A DNA stretch of 64,000 nt from sequence record MZ443783.1; one strand, 5' to 3'. Within the stretch, counting starts at the first letter, position 1. Each line of letters begins with the position of its first letter. Shown here piece by piece: positions 8,870 through 17,548 of the stretch. The translations under genes were made by a program, and so were the position numbers. The notes under the pieces are model-generated. The model was not told the DNA's origin and ran no database searches. It was given only the letters and a program-made list of their open reading frames with translations.

Positions 8870-9484
8870 ATGAACCTTATCAATACTTTTTTCGTTAAAC
8901 GCTCTTACGCTTCTCTGGCCGCAGGTAACTTTGCAATCGACGCCAAGCACGTACAAGAGCTGGTTGAATGTGAGTGTATGATCGTACACGTAGACACAGG
9001 CCACCGTAATGCGTTCGCGTTGAAGAACATCTCTATTACGCCTATCGACGAGCACAACGTTCGCATTACGTTCGACCCGCTGACCGATGCACACGCGATG
9101 CCTGTGACTGTCATGCCGAAAGATCTGAAAGGCAGCATTGAAGTCTACGGCATGTATGTAGAAGACCTGAAAGACGTGCCACGTTTCAGCGTGTCGAATG
9201 ACGCATCAGGCAACAATCCAAATCTGCTGTCGCTTGACCTCGAAAGCCGTCAGCGTTTCGTTCAATACTTCGGTGGCATGTGTACGCTGACTGACCTGTG
9301 CCTGACTCTGCATGAGAAAGGCATTCACGTTGTCGATATCCACAACAACGTTAAGCAGCACGATCACGGCGTTGGCGTTTTCACTCAGCGCTATCGCACC
9401 GCATTCGAACTCAACAAAGACAATGGCATTAAGCGCCACAACGACGACTATCCTGTTTTGGCTCGCATGACCGTTTTAATGTAA
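8870..9484 (+). CDS. Hypothetical protein
   Basis: Tiles the + strand; hairpins on both sides. Confidence 0.8.
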   Translation: MNLINTFFVKRSYASLAAGNFAIDAKHVQELVECECMIVHVDTGHRNAFALKNISITPIDEHNVRITFDPLTDAHAMPVTVMPKDLKGSIEVYGMYVEDLKDVPRFSVSNDASGNNPNLLSLDLESRQRFVQYFGGMCTLTDLCLTLHEKGIHVVDIHNNVKQHDHGVGVFTQRYRTAFELNKDNGIKRHNDDYPVLARMTVLM

Positions 9485-9493
9485 ACACACCTT

Positions 9494-9518
9494 GCCTCGC
9501 ATACCGCGGGGCTTTTCT
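9494..9518 (+). terminator. Intrinsic terminator
   Basis: GCCTCGC-ATACC-GCGGGGC then TTTTCT. Confidence 0.65.
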
Positions 9519-9532
9519 ATTTGGAGAATGCT

Positions 9533-9793
9533 ATGCACCACTATACGCGTGAAGAACTGGAAGAAATGAACTGCATCGAACTGGACCAGCTTGCAAACGA
9601 GCGCGGTCTGCTGGAAGATAAAGACGATGACGACGATCTGGACAATGACCTGCTCATCGGCATGATTCTTGACGACCAGAACGATACTCGCGTTGCTGAC
9701 GAGATGGAAGAAGATCGTCAGCAACATTATCGTCGCCTCGATGAAGAACAGCAGGCGCGTGAGGGCAAAGACGGTTCAGACGACTATTGCTGA
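9533..9793 (+). CDS. Small acidic protein with HeH/Rho-N-like module
   Basis: LEEMNCIELDQLANERGL..LDNDLLIGMIL pattern; GGAG RBS. Confidence 0.7.
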   Translation: MHHYTREELEEMNCIELDQLANERGLLEDKDDDDDLDNDLLIGMILDDQNDTRVADEMEEDRQQHYRRLDEEQQAREGKDGSDDYC

Positions 9794-9806
9794 TTAAGTA
9801 AACCAA

Positions 9807-10228
9807 GAGGCTGCCAGCGCTGGTGGCCTCACTCACAAGAAGGAGCAATAATGAAGCGCAAAGTAATATTGATAGACACGGCAGAGTTTCACAACCAACC
9901 CATCTCGTTTCCATCGATCATTGATTTTGACGGCATAGACACGGTGGTGTTTGTTGTGAAGTCAAATGGTGAGCACGGAGGCATTGATTATCTTGGTGCG
10001 TACTGTGCAACACAAATGACAGTTGGCTATACGAAAGTGCCTATGGCGCAGACGTTGAATATCGACGAATATGGCGTTGTGCCACTCGAAGATGATATGA
10101 AGGCCAAGCTACTTCACACCAACCAGTACGTTGACGAAGTGCCTGAGCAACATCAAAGCATCTACAGCGCGAAGACTGAAATCCTCTTCGCAGAGTAACC
10201 ACAAGGGCTGCCATTATTGGTGGCCCTT
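9807..10228. repeat. Paired hairpins flanking one ORF (9807-9830, 10203-10228)
   Basis: GGCTGCCA-N4-TGGTGGCC in both; loops GCGC and TTAT. The second has a U-tract (terminator). Confidence 0.85.
9851..10198 (+). CDS. Hypothetical protein
   Basis: AAGGAG RBS. Confidence 0.8.
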   Translation: MKRKVILIDTAEFHNQPISFPSIIDFDGIDTVVFVVKSNGEHGGIDYLGAYCATQMTVGYTKVPMAQTLNIDEYGVVPLEDDMKAKLLHTNQYVDEVPEQHQSIYSAKTEILFAE

Positions 10229-10275
10229 TTTCATTTCTGTAAATACCTCGTACATTCACTGATGCGAGAAACACA

Positions 10276-10647
10276 ATGCGCCGCTTTCTGACAGTCTTCA
10301 ATGTCACTCAACAGGAGTTTGACGAACTACGCTTCTATCGCCACAAGCTCAACATCGTAACCACTTTGCGCCGCACTCACGGCATACTGCTGGTGGTACG
10401 TGAGACAGGCCGTGTGTTCAATGCCTCAACCGCCCTGTATCAACAAGCCGAAGAATACGACTTGCGCCGCGTAGACTTCACTGGTCCTGTCGAAGTGACC
10501 AAAGAGTTAGGCGAACGCTTCTCTGAACTCAAGCAGGCAATCGCAAACAACCTGCAGGATAAAAGCATCAACTACTTTGGCCGCACTCTCTCGCTCGACG
10601 AAACTCAAGAGCGATTGTACGCCACTAAACTGGAGATACTCGTATGA
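10276..10647 (+). CDS. Hypothetical protein
   Basis: Tiles the + strand; ATGA overlap with next gene. Confidence 0.8.
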   Translation: MRRFLTVFNVTQQEFDELRFYRHKLNIVTTLRRTHGILLVVRETGRVFNASTALYQQAEEYDLRRVDFTGPVEVTKELGERFSELKQAIANNLQDKSINYFGRTLSLDETQERLYATKLEILV

Positions 10648-10886
10648 CAACAATCGGTGCCTCGCTTGGTGCTCGCTTCGCTGCCACATCTTCGGAGCGT
10701 TGTTCTTCCCGCAAGAAAGCCAAGCCGCGCAACAAGACGCTGACTGCCGCAACAACTGCCGACATTCATAGCGCTGTCGAACGCCTGGCAATCAAGCTGG
10801 ACACAACACGCTCGAACGTAATCGAGATCGCACTCAAAGAACTGTGCGCGAAACATGGCATAGCGATAGGCGATACCGATGAGTAA
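10644..10886 (+). CDS. Putative ribbon-helix-helix DNA-binding protein
   Basis: Basic N-terminus, then TLTAATTADIHSAVERLAIKLDTTRSNVIEIALKEL (CopG/RHH-like). Confidence 0.55.
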   Translation: MTTIGASLGARFAATSSERCSSRKKAKPRNKTLTAATTADIHSAVERLAIKLDTTRSNVIEIALKELCAKHGIAIGDTDE

Positions 10887-11226
10887 CTTTATCTACTGTA
10901 GGCTGTACGGCGTTCAACATCGCCTGAATGTAGAGGGCATCGACTTCTCACAACAGACCGTATCGTATATGGTGTCTGCCTCTGATATGCTGCGCATGAT
11001 GCCGCGCATTCAGGTAGGTGCGGCCTATGACACGTACACGCCATACAATGTGCTCAAGGCAGGACGTGCTGACTTCAAGATCAAAAAGATTGAGAAGATA
11101 AGCGCTGACGAGTGGCGCTATTCGTTTGTTGATTATGCTGATACGCCGTTCAACACAATTCTTAAACGGAGGTCGTATGTCGATAGGACTAGTGAAAGTA
11201 GTAGGCTTAAAAGACAAAGCACCTAA
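10879..11226 (+). CDS. Hypothetical protein
   Basis: Overlapping tiling on the + strand. Confidence 0.75.
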   Translation: MSNFIYCRLYGVQHRLNVEGIDFSQQTVSYMVSASDMLRMMPRIQVGAAYDTYTPYNVLKAGRADFKIKKIEKISADEWRYSFVDYADTPFNTILKRRSYVDRTSESSRLKRQST

Positions 11227-11809
11227 GGGATTTGATTTAGATATCTGTCCTGTATCACGCGACGACGATTGGTGGTCGCTGAGTCCATTCTATCTCGGGC
11301 CTTGTCGTACACCGAGCGGCATTATGTTCCACAACATGGAGAACATGTGGCAGTATAGCAAGGTGTACGAAGAACACCTAGTCAACTCGAATGATTTGTT
11401 TCATGGTGAAGTATCTGCCGAGTGGTGGGAATGGCATTTGAAAGGCAGTACAACCGAACAGGCGCATCGCTATCCAGCGGGGAAGGGTCGAAAGGCCCTG
11501 TTCTCGAAATGGGGCGACTTGCGCCTTTCGTACATTCCCGCACGAAAACAAATCTACGTGCCCGAATATGCGAAGCTGGTAATCCACAAGCCGAAGTTTA
11601 AACGCCTGCTTAAGGATTATAAGAAAGGTGCCAAGATAGTCCTCAGAGATTATGACACCTACGATATTCAAAAGGCCTATCCAGATTCTCGTAGTCCGTG
11701 GCTGTCGGCCATTCAAAACGAGAACGCAAAATTCGGCCATGCGTTTGTCATTGCATTGGCCTTGATGTTCCACGAACGACCACTATGGTACAATCAATGG
11801 GTAATCTGA
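11177..11809 (+). CDS. Putative NADAR-superfamily-like protein
   Basis: ATG 11177 after GGAGG. LSPFYLGP and MENMWQYSKVY resemble the NADAR E-x-x-[FW]Q-x-x-K motif; also ARKQIY. Confidence 0.45.
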   Translation: MSIGLVKVVGLKDKAPKGFDLDICPVSRDDDWWSLSPFYLGPCRTPSGIMFHNMENMWQYSKVYEEHLVNSNDLFHGEVSAEWWEWHLKGSTTEQAHRYPAGKGRKALFSKWGDLRLSYIPARKQIYVPEYAKLVIHKPKFKRLLKDYKKGAKIVLRDYDTYDIQKAYPDSRSPWLSAIQNENAKFGHAFVIALALMFHERPLWYNQWVI

Positions 11810-12117
11810 CCAGATACGTAGCCTGCATTGAGTTGTCTACGCGCGAAGGAAATATGAATCTGCCGATTCTACCTCGCTGTGAACTACAAGCATTTGTTCT
11901 TGACGGACACACGCAAACTAAAGTGCCTATCAAACTTAATGCCACAAACGTCATCAATGTGATGGGCAAAACGTGTGGTAGTCTGCAATGGTTTGATTGT
12001 GTGAATCTGCTCATATGGTCATCGTTTGAGCCAGGCAGGTTCACGCTGTATATTGAACGTGCTTGCAAAACAGACGAGACTACAGACGACCAGCAATCTG
12101 CTGAACTCTGCAAATAA
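11797..12117 (+). CDS. Hypothetical protein (ends AELCK inside the P3 box)
   Basis: Tiles the + strand; start uncertain. Confidence 0.7.
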   Translation: MGNLTRYVACIELSTREGNMNLPILPRCELQAFVLDGHTQTKVPIKLNATNVINVMGKTCGSLQWFDCVNLLIWSSFEPGRFTLYIERACKTDETTDDQQSAELCK

Positions 12118-12162
12118 TAGGCTGAAATAGCCATTCAGTCAGATACGCTCCTATGATATACT
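12103..12162 (+). promoter_or_regulatory. Promoter cassette P3
   Basis: GAACTCTGCA-N7-GGCTGAAAT; TG-n-TATACT at 12157 (37 bp). Confidence 0.85.
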
Positions 12163-12207
12163 ATACGTGAGCGCAGTGCTCATAAAACTAACGCTGAGGA
12201 GCGTATC

Positions 12208-12657
12208 ATGACTACTTTATCTATCGTTGATTTGAAGACCCCTGCGGAATTTACTACCCACCTGACTTTCGGTCACATGGAAGAACTGCGAGCCAGCCTT
12301 GAGCGCGCCTTAAATCGTTCTGATCTCGAGGTGTATGTTGAATGCGATTCGAACTACACACTCGAAGAAGCAAACACCGACGGTCCTGACCAGCTGGTGG
12401 GCGATCATGAATGTATTAACGTTCACGTTCGTTATGCGGGAATGTCGTTCGATGAAGCGACGGCGAAAGGCGTGTGGGATATTTTACTGCAAACCCCGCA
12501 CGAAGATAATAGCATGTCCGAGTGGTCTAACTCATACATCATGTATGTGGCAGATGAAAACCTCGACGCGCTGGAAGAAGTGACGATAGAAAACGGGAAT
12601 CCTCGTATGATGGAAACTCTCGTTGATCGTATTAACTACTGGCTGCCAAAACTCTAA
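12208..12657 (+). CDS. Acidic hypothetical protein
   Basis: First gene after P3; GAGG-loop RBS. Confidence 0.85.
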   Translation: MTTLSIVDLKTPAEFTTHLTFGHMEELRASLERALNRSDLEVYVECDSNYTLEEANTDGPDQLVGDHECINVHVRYAGMSFDEATAKGVWDILLQTPHEDNSMSEWSNSYIMYVADENLDALEEVTIENGNPRMMETLVDRINYWLPKL

Positions 12658-12659
12658 GC

Positions 12660-13082
12660 GATTTGTGAAGGGCATTTGCGAGTGCCCTTTGAAAATCAAA
12701 CACCATAAGCTGAGGAGCTTAACATGTCATCTTCTACTACTCTGACTTTCATCTTCCCAGAAATGACCACTCTGGAAGTATCTATCGGTAATGGCATTGT
12801 GCCTGCGTATCTGGGTCTCGCAGAAAATAGAGACATAACATTCAGCGACGTTAAGGCGCTGCGTCTGATGGGTGACTCAAACATCGTGGGTGCCATGTCA
12901 CGCTTCGACCAGTCGATGTTGAATCTGCTGATCGACCGTCACATGTCACATGAGAATGTTCGCTGCCGTGACGCCATCGACGCGGGCACCGAGCACTTCC
13001 CGTCTACTTGTCTTTATCTGAAAGTAGCGCACCACCGCTAAGATTTGTGAAGGGCATTCCAACGAGTGCCCTTTGAAAATCA
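12660..13082. repeat. Paired ~40-bp imperfect palindromes flanking one ORF (12660-12698, 13042-13082)
   Basis: GATTTGTGAAGGGCATT-(TGC or CCAAC)-GAGTGCCCTTTGAAAATCA. Confidence 0.95.
12724..13041 (+). CDS. Hypothetical protein
   Basis: GAGG-loop RBS. Confidence 0.8.
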   Translation: MSSSTTLTFIFPEMTTLEVSIGNGIVPAYLGLAENRDITFSDVKALRLMGDSNIVGAMSRFDQSMLNLLIDRHMSHENVRCRDAIDAGTEHFPSTCLYLKVAHHR

Positions 13083-13106
13083 CAACCTGTTCTGAGGAGA
13101 ACAACA

Positions 13107-13460
13107 ATGCCAGCAACTGAACTGCCTATCGACGCTCGCGCTTTTGACGACCTGAGCAATAACAACTTCCTGCAAGTGTGCAACGCGATCTCTTTCTGCG
13201 TGTCTCGCGGTGACCTTGAGTTTCGTCATCATATCAAAGGTCGCCACATCGACGTTGCGTATCGCGCTGGTGGTAACAACGTTTTTGGTATCAGCCGCTG
13301 CCGCATCCTGATGCCGTCCGAAGTTCTGCGTGAAGATATCGTAGAAGACTTCGAGATCATTCACGGCGATGCAGTCATTCAGATTGAACGCCAGAAAGAT
13401 TCGTTCTCGACGTTGCAACGTATCGCAGGTGCAGTCGAAGCGTGTATGCCTAAGAAGTGA
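13107..13460 (+). CDS. Hypothetical protein
   Basis: GAGG-loop RBS. Confidence 0.8.
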   Translation: MPATELPIDARAFDDLSNNNFLQVCNAISFCVSRGDLEFRHHIKGRHIDVAYRAGGNNVFGISRCRILMPSEVLREDIVEDFEIIHGDAVIQIERQKDSFSTLQRIAGAVEACMPKK

Positions 13461-13525
13461 TTGTTGCTCGCAGGTTCTTACGAGAGCCTGCTGTCAACAT
13501 AACCCTATAAGCTGAGGAGCTTAAC

Positions 13526-13933
13526 ATGAAACAATATCCACAACGCGGCCGTGTGTACACGCTGAAAGAAATCGAAAACGAACTGGAACTGCGTGACAGC
13601 CCGTTTCTGCGCTTCTGCCCGCAGAAAGTTCGTATGGTCGGTGAGAAAGAAGCAGGCATTCAGGTAATTCAGCAATCGCATATCGCCAACCTGTCTGACG
13701 TTGAAGGTTGGGCAGACACCGAGTGGTCGTATGTGCGCGAGACCGAAGAGTGGATTCCGCTTTTCCGTGCCGTTAACGACGCTGAGGTTGAAGCGCTCTG
13801 CGTTATCGAGCCTGACACGTCTGAGTTTCGTTCGGGTGATGGCATGTTCATCTACCCGAAAGGCGCTGTATGCAAGCAGTACACGCCTTATGACAAAAAG
13901 ATTCACGGCGATCTGCTGGTGGCAGTAGAATAA
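13526..13933 (+). CDS. Hypothetical protein
   Basis: RBS ATAAGCTGAGGAGCTTAACATG is identical to that of 12724. Confidence 0.8.
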   Translation: MKQYPQRGRVYTLKEIENELELRDSPFLRFCPQKVRMVGEKEAGIQVIQQSHIANLSDVEGWADTEWSYVRETEEWIPLFRAVNDAEVEALCVIEPDTSEFRSGDGMFIYPKGAVCKQYTPYDKKIHGDLLVAVE

Positions 13934-13940
13934 CAAAACA

Positions 13941-13973
13941 GGGATGCTCATGAAGGTGGGCGTCCCATTTCTC
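13941..13973 (+). terminator. Probable intrinsic terminator
   Basis: GGGATGCTCAT-GAAG-GTGGGCGTCCC then ATTTCTC. Confidence 0.65.
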
Positions 13974-13989
13974 ATTTAAGGACAAATCT

Positions 13990-14499
13990 ATGATTCCCGA
14001 AGTCACCCACATCTTCAACGTAATGATGACCAGCCTGAAAGACGTTCGCAGTGTTGAGCGCCTGCACCTCATTAACAAGAGTGCCGTGCGCTTTCATCTC
14101 AAAGGCAAACATTTTGACGTGCGTGGTCAGTACCCGCTGTTCTCTGTCCACGAAATCGAAGGCTCCACTATGGCTTACTCACGGGCAGCCAAAGAGATTG
14201 AATCCCAACTCAATGGTGAACCTATCGAAGAAGTCGAAGACAACACGCATGACGCAGCACTGGACGATGTGCTGATCGCTCATGTTGACAACATGGCCGA
14301 AGATCGTGTTCGCGCATACAATGAAGAATGTGGCGGCCCTGACTTAGACCCAATCAATATGCAGCGCACTTGGCTAAAGACCCACTTCCTGCATATCGGC
14401 CACAACACACCTGACCTGCTAGAGACTGTGCTCTACATGGAAGGAAAAGAAAGGAGAGAAGAACTGGCGAAAGCCATTAAGGGGGTATTATGTTTTTAG
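13990..14499 (+). CDS. Hypothetical protein
   Basis: AAGGA RBS. Confidence 0.8.
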   Translation: MIPEVTHIFNVMMTSLKDVRSVERLHLINKSAVRFHLKGKHFDVRGQYPLFSVHEIEGSTMAYSRAAKEIESQLNGEPIEEVEDNTHDAALDDVLIAHVDNMAEDRVRAYNEECGGPDLDPINMQRTWLKTHFLHIGHNTPDLLETVLYMEGKERREELAKAIKGVLCF

Positions 14500-14771
14500 C
14501 GTGGTTTAAATATCGGCGCGCCAAGAAACGTAACGAGTTCATGGCAGAAGTCGTGTCTGCAATAGCAAAACTGAATCAGCGTGATCGCGACCTGTTGTGT
14601 CGTGCAATCAGTCTACCAGCAACTGCTGACGGTCTGTTTGCGTTAACTAACATGCCGCGTAAAGAGCTGGCTGTACAATGCAATCAGTATTACGCCCATG
14701 TGTCGGGCAATAAATGGAACGTGTACGATGCGTTCTGCAAAGTCATTCATACCGCAAGAAAAGGAAAGTAA
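14490..14771 (+). CDS. Hypothetical protein
   Basis: Overlapping tiling. Confidence 0.75.
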   Translation: MFLAWFKYRRAKKRNEFMAEVVSAIAKLNQRDRDLLCRAISLPATADGLFALTNMPRKELAVQCNQYYAHVSGNKWNVYDAFCKVIHTARKGK

Positions 14772-14773
14772 CC

Positions 14774-15214
14774 ATGAACGAAATAGATATTCTGATCCGT
14801 GAGTTCTCTCGGGCGTATCTGAAAGCAGAAGCATCACCTTTCGGTAACGTCGCATATCACGTACAAGACCAAACAGACGGCCTGAAAAACATTGCACTCT
14901 ATCTGCGTTTTCGTTCTGGTCCGCAAGCTCTTTGGCAGCGACCGTGTTTGGTGCTCGCCACAATTGATGTTCGTGACTCGGGTAAAGGTACATTCAGTGA
15001 GTTGCTTCGTCGCACAAAAGACCTGTGCCGCGAACGTGACTGGATTCTTCAAATTGAAAACGTCCTGACACCGCAGTTCAGGAAGTTCTTGCAGCGTGGT
15101 GGCTTCAAGCCGTTCGGTGTAGACAAAGACGTACCGTTCGGCAGTCTCTATTGGTTCTACGACGAGACAATCCCGCAGCAATGTGCGATGTACCCAGAGA
15201 GGGCACACCCATGA
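14774..15214 (+). CDS. Putative GNAT-fold acetyltransferase
   Basis: LATIDVRDSGKGTFSELL (motif A-like) and ENVLTPQFRKFLQRGGF (motif B-like). Confidence 0.5.
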   Translation: MNEIDILIREFSRAYLKAEASPFGNVAYHVQDQTDGLKNIALYLRFRSGPQALWQRPCLVLATIDVRDSGKGTFSELLRRTKDLCRERDWILQIENVLTPQFRKFLQRGGFKPFGVDKDVPFGSLYWFYDETIPQQCAMYPERAHP

Positions 15215-15651
15215 TTAACTGGCCTGTAGTTCTCTGTGGATTCTTTCCACTGATCGCTTGCTATATAACAATTCCGTGGTTCCGTGCTGCTGTTAACCGT
15301 AGACTGACGTTCAAGCCGTTCGACTATGATGCGCTTGACGAGATACTGACTGACGGCATGCCTGAGAAGTTGACGATCTCCTGTCTACAGGCTACGTACC
15401 GCGTCAACTCACCTGCGCATTCGCATATTGATATTTACGCACACAAGGACAATGTTGCTGTTGTTCGAATGTTGGTGGACCCTAACTTCCCGATAGCACG
15501 TTGTTTCCATGACGTGTTGAACGCGAACATAAACGCATTCGCTGTGAAGTCACATAGACCACCGACACTCATAATCAATCAGTGTCTCTATCCTGTCGTT
15601 GAATATGAGTACGACGACACGTACCTGTTGATTTACCTTAAACATAAATAA
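15211..15651 (+). CDS. Hypothetical protein with N-terminal hydrophobic segment
   Basis: ATG 15211; WPVVLCGFFPLIACYITIPW. Confidence 0.75.
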   Translation: MINWPVVLCGFFPLIACYITIPWFRAAVNRRLTFKPFDYDALDEILTDGMPEKLTISCLQATYRVNSPAHSHIDIYAHKDNVAVVRMLVDPNFPIARCFHDVLNANINAFAVKSHRPPTLIINQCLYPVVEYEYDDTYLLIYLKHK

Positions 15652-15660
15652 GGGACTATC

Positions 15661-15960
15661 ATGGTCACCCAACAACAACTATCGGAGTTTGCGCGGCTGC
15701 CTACACTGCACCGTAAAGTGATACTTCGCAGTATGCAGGTTGAGATGTTGGGTGCCTTGCCTGAGCTTACTGACATTGTGCGTGAAATGCTTTATCGTGC
15801 AATTGTCGTTGATGTAGCTCAAGCTGAATTGGCACTCCTTGCTGCTCGCCAAATGTGTGAGAATAAGGACGTTCGTAAAAGCATTGATGACCTACTTCAA
15901 TTCGCTGCGCGTCTGCATGACGTTGCAACTGATAACTTTCTTTCTGGAGATTTACTATGA
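15661..15960 (+). CDS. Hypothetical protein
   Basis: AGGGA RBS. Confidence 0.75.
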   Translation: MVTQQQLSEFARLPTLHRKVILRSMQVEMLGALPELTDIVREMLYRAIVVDVAQAELALLAARQMCENKDVRKSIDDLLQFAARLHDVATDNFLSGDLL

Positions 15961-17021
15961 ATAAGACCGTTGGCCTGATGATTGATGAAGACGTAATGAA
16001 CTGGCTGGACATGCTGCTTGCGGGTGAACTGAGCAATGTCTTAGGTGCGTTGAACAATATCGTGTACGCCCGCCGGCAGGAACTGTCTGTCGAACGTCTG
16101 ACCGAAGACGAAGATATTGGTGCGCTCTCTCATAAAGAGCTGGAGATCATTCTGCGTTACGCTGCTCCTAATCATGAGTACGATACGACGGTGCTGTCGA
16201 ATGAACAACTGCTTCGTCTGGCGATGGATGCACAGGGCATCATCTCCTACACATTGCCGAGTCATAGTTCGCCTATCATGGTTAAACGTGCTTTCGCTAA
16301 CGGCAACGTGTGCTCACTGCTTGGCAGTTTTTCGAATCGTGCTGATATCGTCATGGCTGTACATCACTGGGAATGTGGTCTGTCCAACATCTCGCTCGAC
16401 GGTGTGACTGGTAACGACGAACGCCCAGACGAACAAGGCATGTACCTGTGCTACGATGAGCACAAGCAAGTTCGTTATGGCCGACTGTTCAAGAATGCCA
16501 ACGACGGCTGGACATTCAGCGAGTATTATTCTGCTGGTGGATCTACTACGTGGCTTGAAGCGAGTCCAAACAATGCGCTTGATGGTGACGACCTGCCGAT
16601 CAGCCTGCTGACTAACTGGGTATTCGTTGTTCCAGATCGTTCGCCGTCTATTCTCAAACCTGCTGAGGGATTCAAGCGTCTGTCCGACACACAACGCATC
16701 TTCCTGTATCTGCGTAGCCTGAGTCCTCACGTTAAAGCTGAGATCGTCGCACACTTCGACGGCGTTCTGGACAATCGATCATTCACCTCTGTCGATCAGA
16801 TTGGTCGCCTGACTGAAAAAGACTGGCGCGATGCTGCGATTGCTATCGGTGAAGAAGAAAGTGGCCAAGAAGGTCCTCACTACTGGGATGATCGTAGTGC
16901 GTGGGCTTGCTTCGTCGCTGTGCTCAACTCTCTGTGCTTCGACATGGACACACGCGACTTCCAACCGCAGTATGAGTACCAGGCCAACGACGACACTATG
17001 GAAGAAGACAACAATGGCTAA
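15957..17021 (+). CDS. Hypothetical protein
   Basis: GGAG RBS; possible HeH-like segment near the N-terminus. Confidence 0.8.
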   Translation: MNKTVGLMIDEDVMNWLDMLLAGELSNVLGALNNIVYARRQELSVERLTEDEDIGALSHKELEIILRYAAPNHEYDTTVLSNEQLLRLAMDAQGIISYTLPSHSSPIMVKRAFANGNVCSLLGSFSNRADIVMAVHHWECGLSNISLDGVTGNDERPDEQGMYLCYDEHKQVRYGRLFKNANDGWTFSEYYSAGGSTTWLEASPNNALDGDDLPISLLTNWVFVVPDRSPSILKPAEGFKRLSDTQRIFLYLRSLSPHVKAEIVAHFDGVLDNRSFTSVDQIGRLTEKDWRDAAIAIGEEESGQEGPHYWDDRSAWACFVAVLNSLCFDMDTRDFQPQYEYQANDDTMEEDNNG

Positions 17022-17547
17022 ATCACTCGGCGTATACATGACTTACATTCTGCGTCACAAGCCGCAGGATATCGGAATCGCAATGGACACCCAGGGTTGG
17101 GTGTCTGTTCTGGACTTCTTGCAGAAAGCAAAGTATGTCAAACAGGTCACTCTCGAAATGCTGATTGCAGAAGTTGAGGCGGACGAGAAAGGCCGTTTCG
17201 AGTTCAACTCTAACCGCTCCAAGATTCGTTGTGTGCAAGGCCATTCGGTTGAGAACGTTATTCTGCATCTTGAACCGTTCACTGACCTTGCGCCTTTGTA
17301 TCACGGTACGGCAGATAAGAACGTGGCATCAATCATGCACGAAGGTATCACGAAGCGGAAACGCAAACACGTCCACATCAGCCGTGAAATCGAAACAGCC
17401 GAGAACGTTGGTCGTCGTCACGGTGCACCTGTTGTGTTTCAGATTGATACACAGGCAATGATCACTCACGGCTATAAGTTTTACCGAGCCGAGAATGGAG
17501 TCATCCTGACCGATCACGTACCGTCCAGATATATCAAGTTGGTGTGA
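17014..17547 (+). CDS. kptA: RNA 2'-phosphotransferase (Tpt1/KptA)
   Basis: YILRHKP, GWVSV, RFE, IRCVQGHS, LYHGT, RKHVHIS, GRRHG, NGVILTDHVP. Confidence 0.95.
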   Translation: MAKSLGVYMTYILRHKPQDIGIAMDTQGWVSVLDFLQKAKYVKQVTLEMLIAEVEADEKGRFEFNSNRSKIRCVQGHSVENVILHLEPFTDLAPLYHGTADKNVASIMHEGITKRKRKHVHISREIETAENVGRRHGAPVVFQIDTQAMITHGYKFYRAENGVILTDHVPSRYIKLV

Positions 17548-17548
17548 T

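Noticed and set aside
12660-13082. Palindromic repeats as CRISPR repeats or true integron attC sites
   Set aside because: They are separated by a whole gene, lack the RYYYAAC/GTTRRRY attC ends, and no integrase is present in the window.
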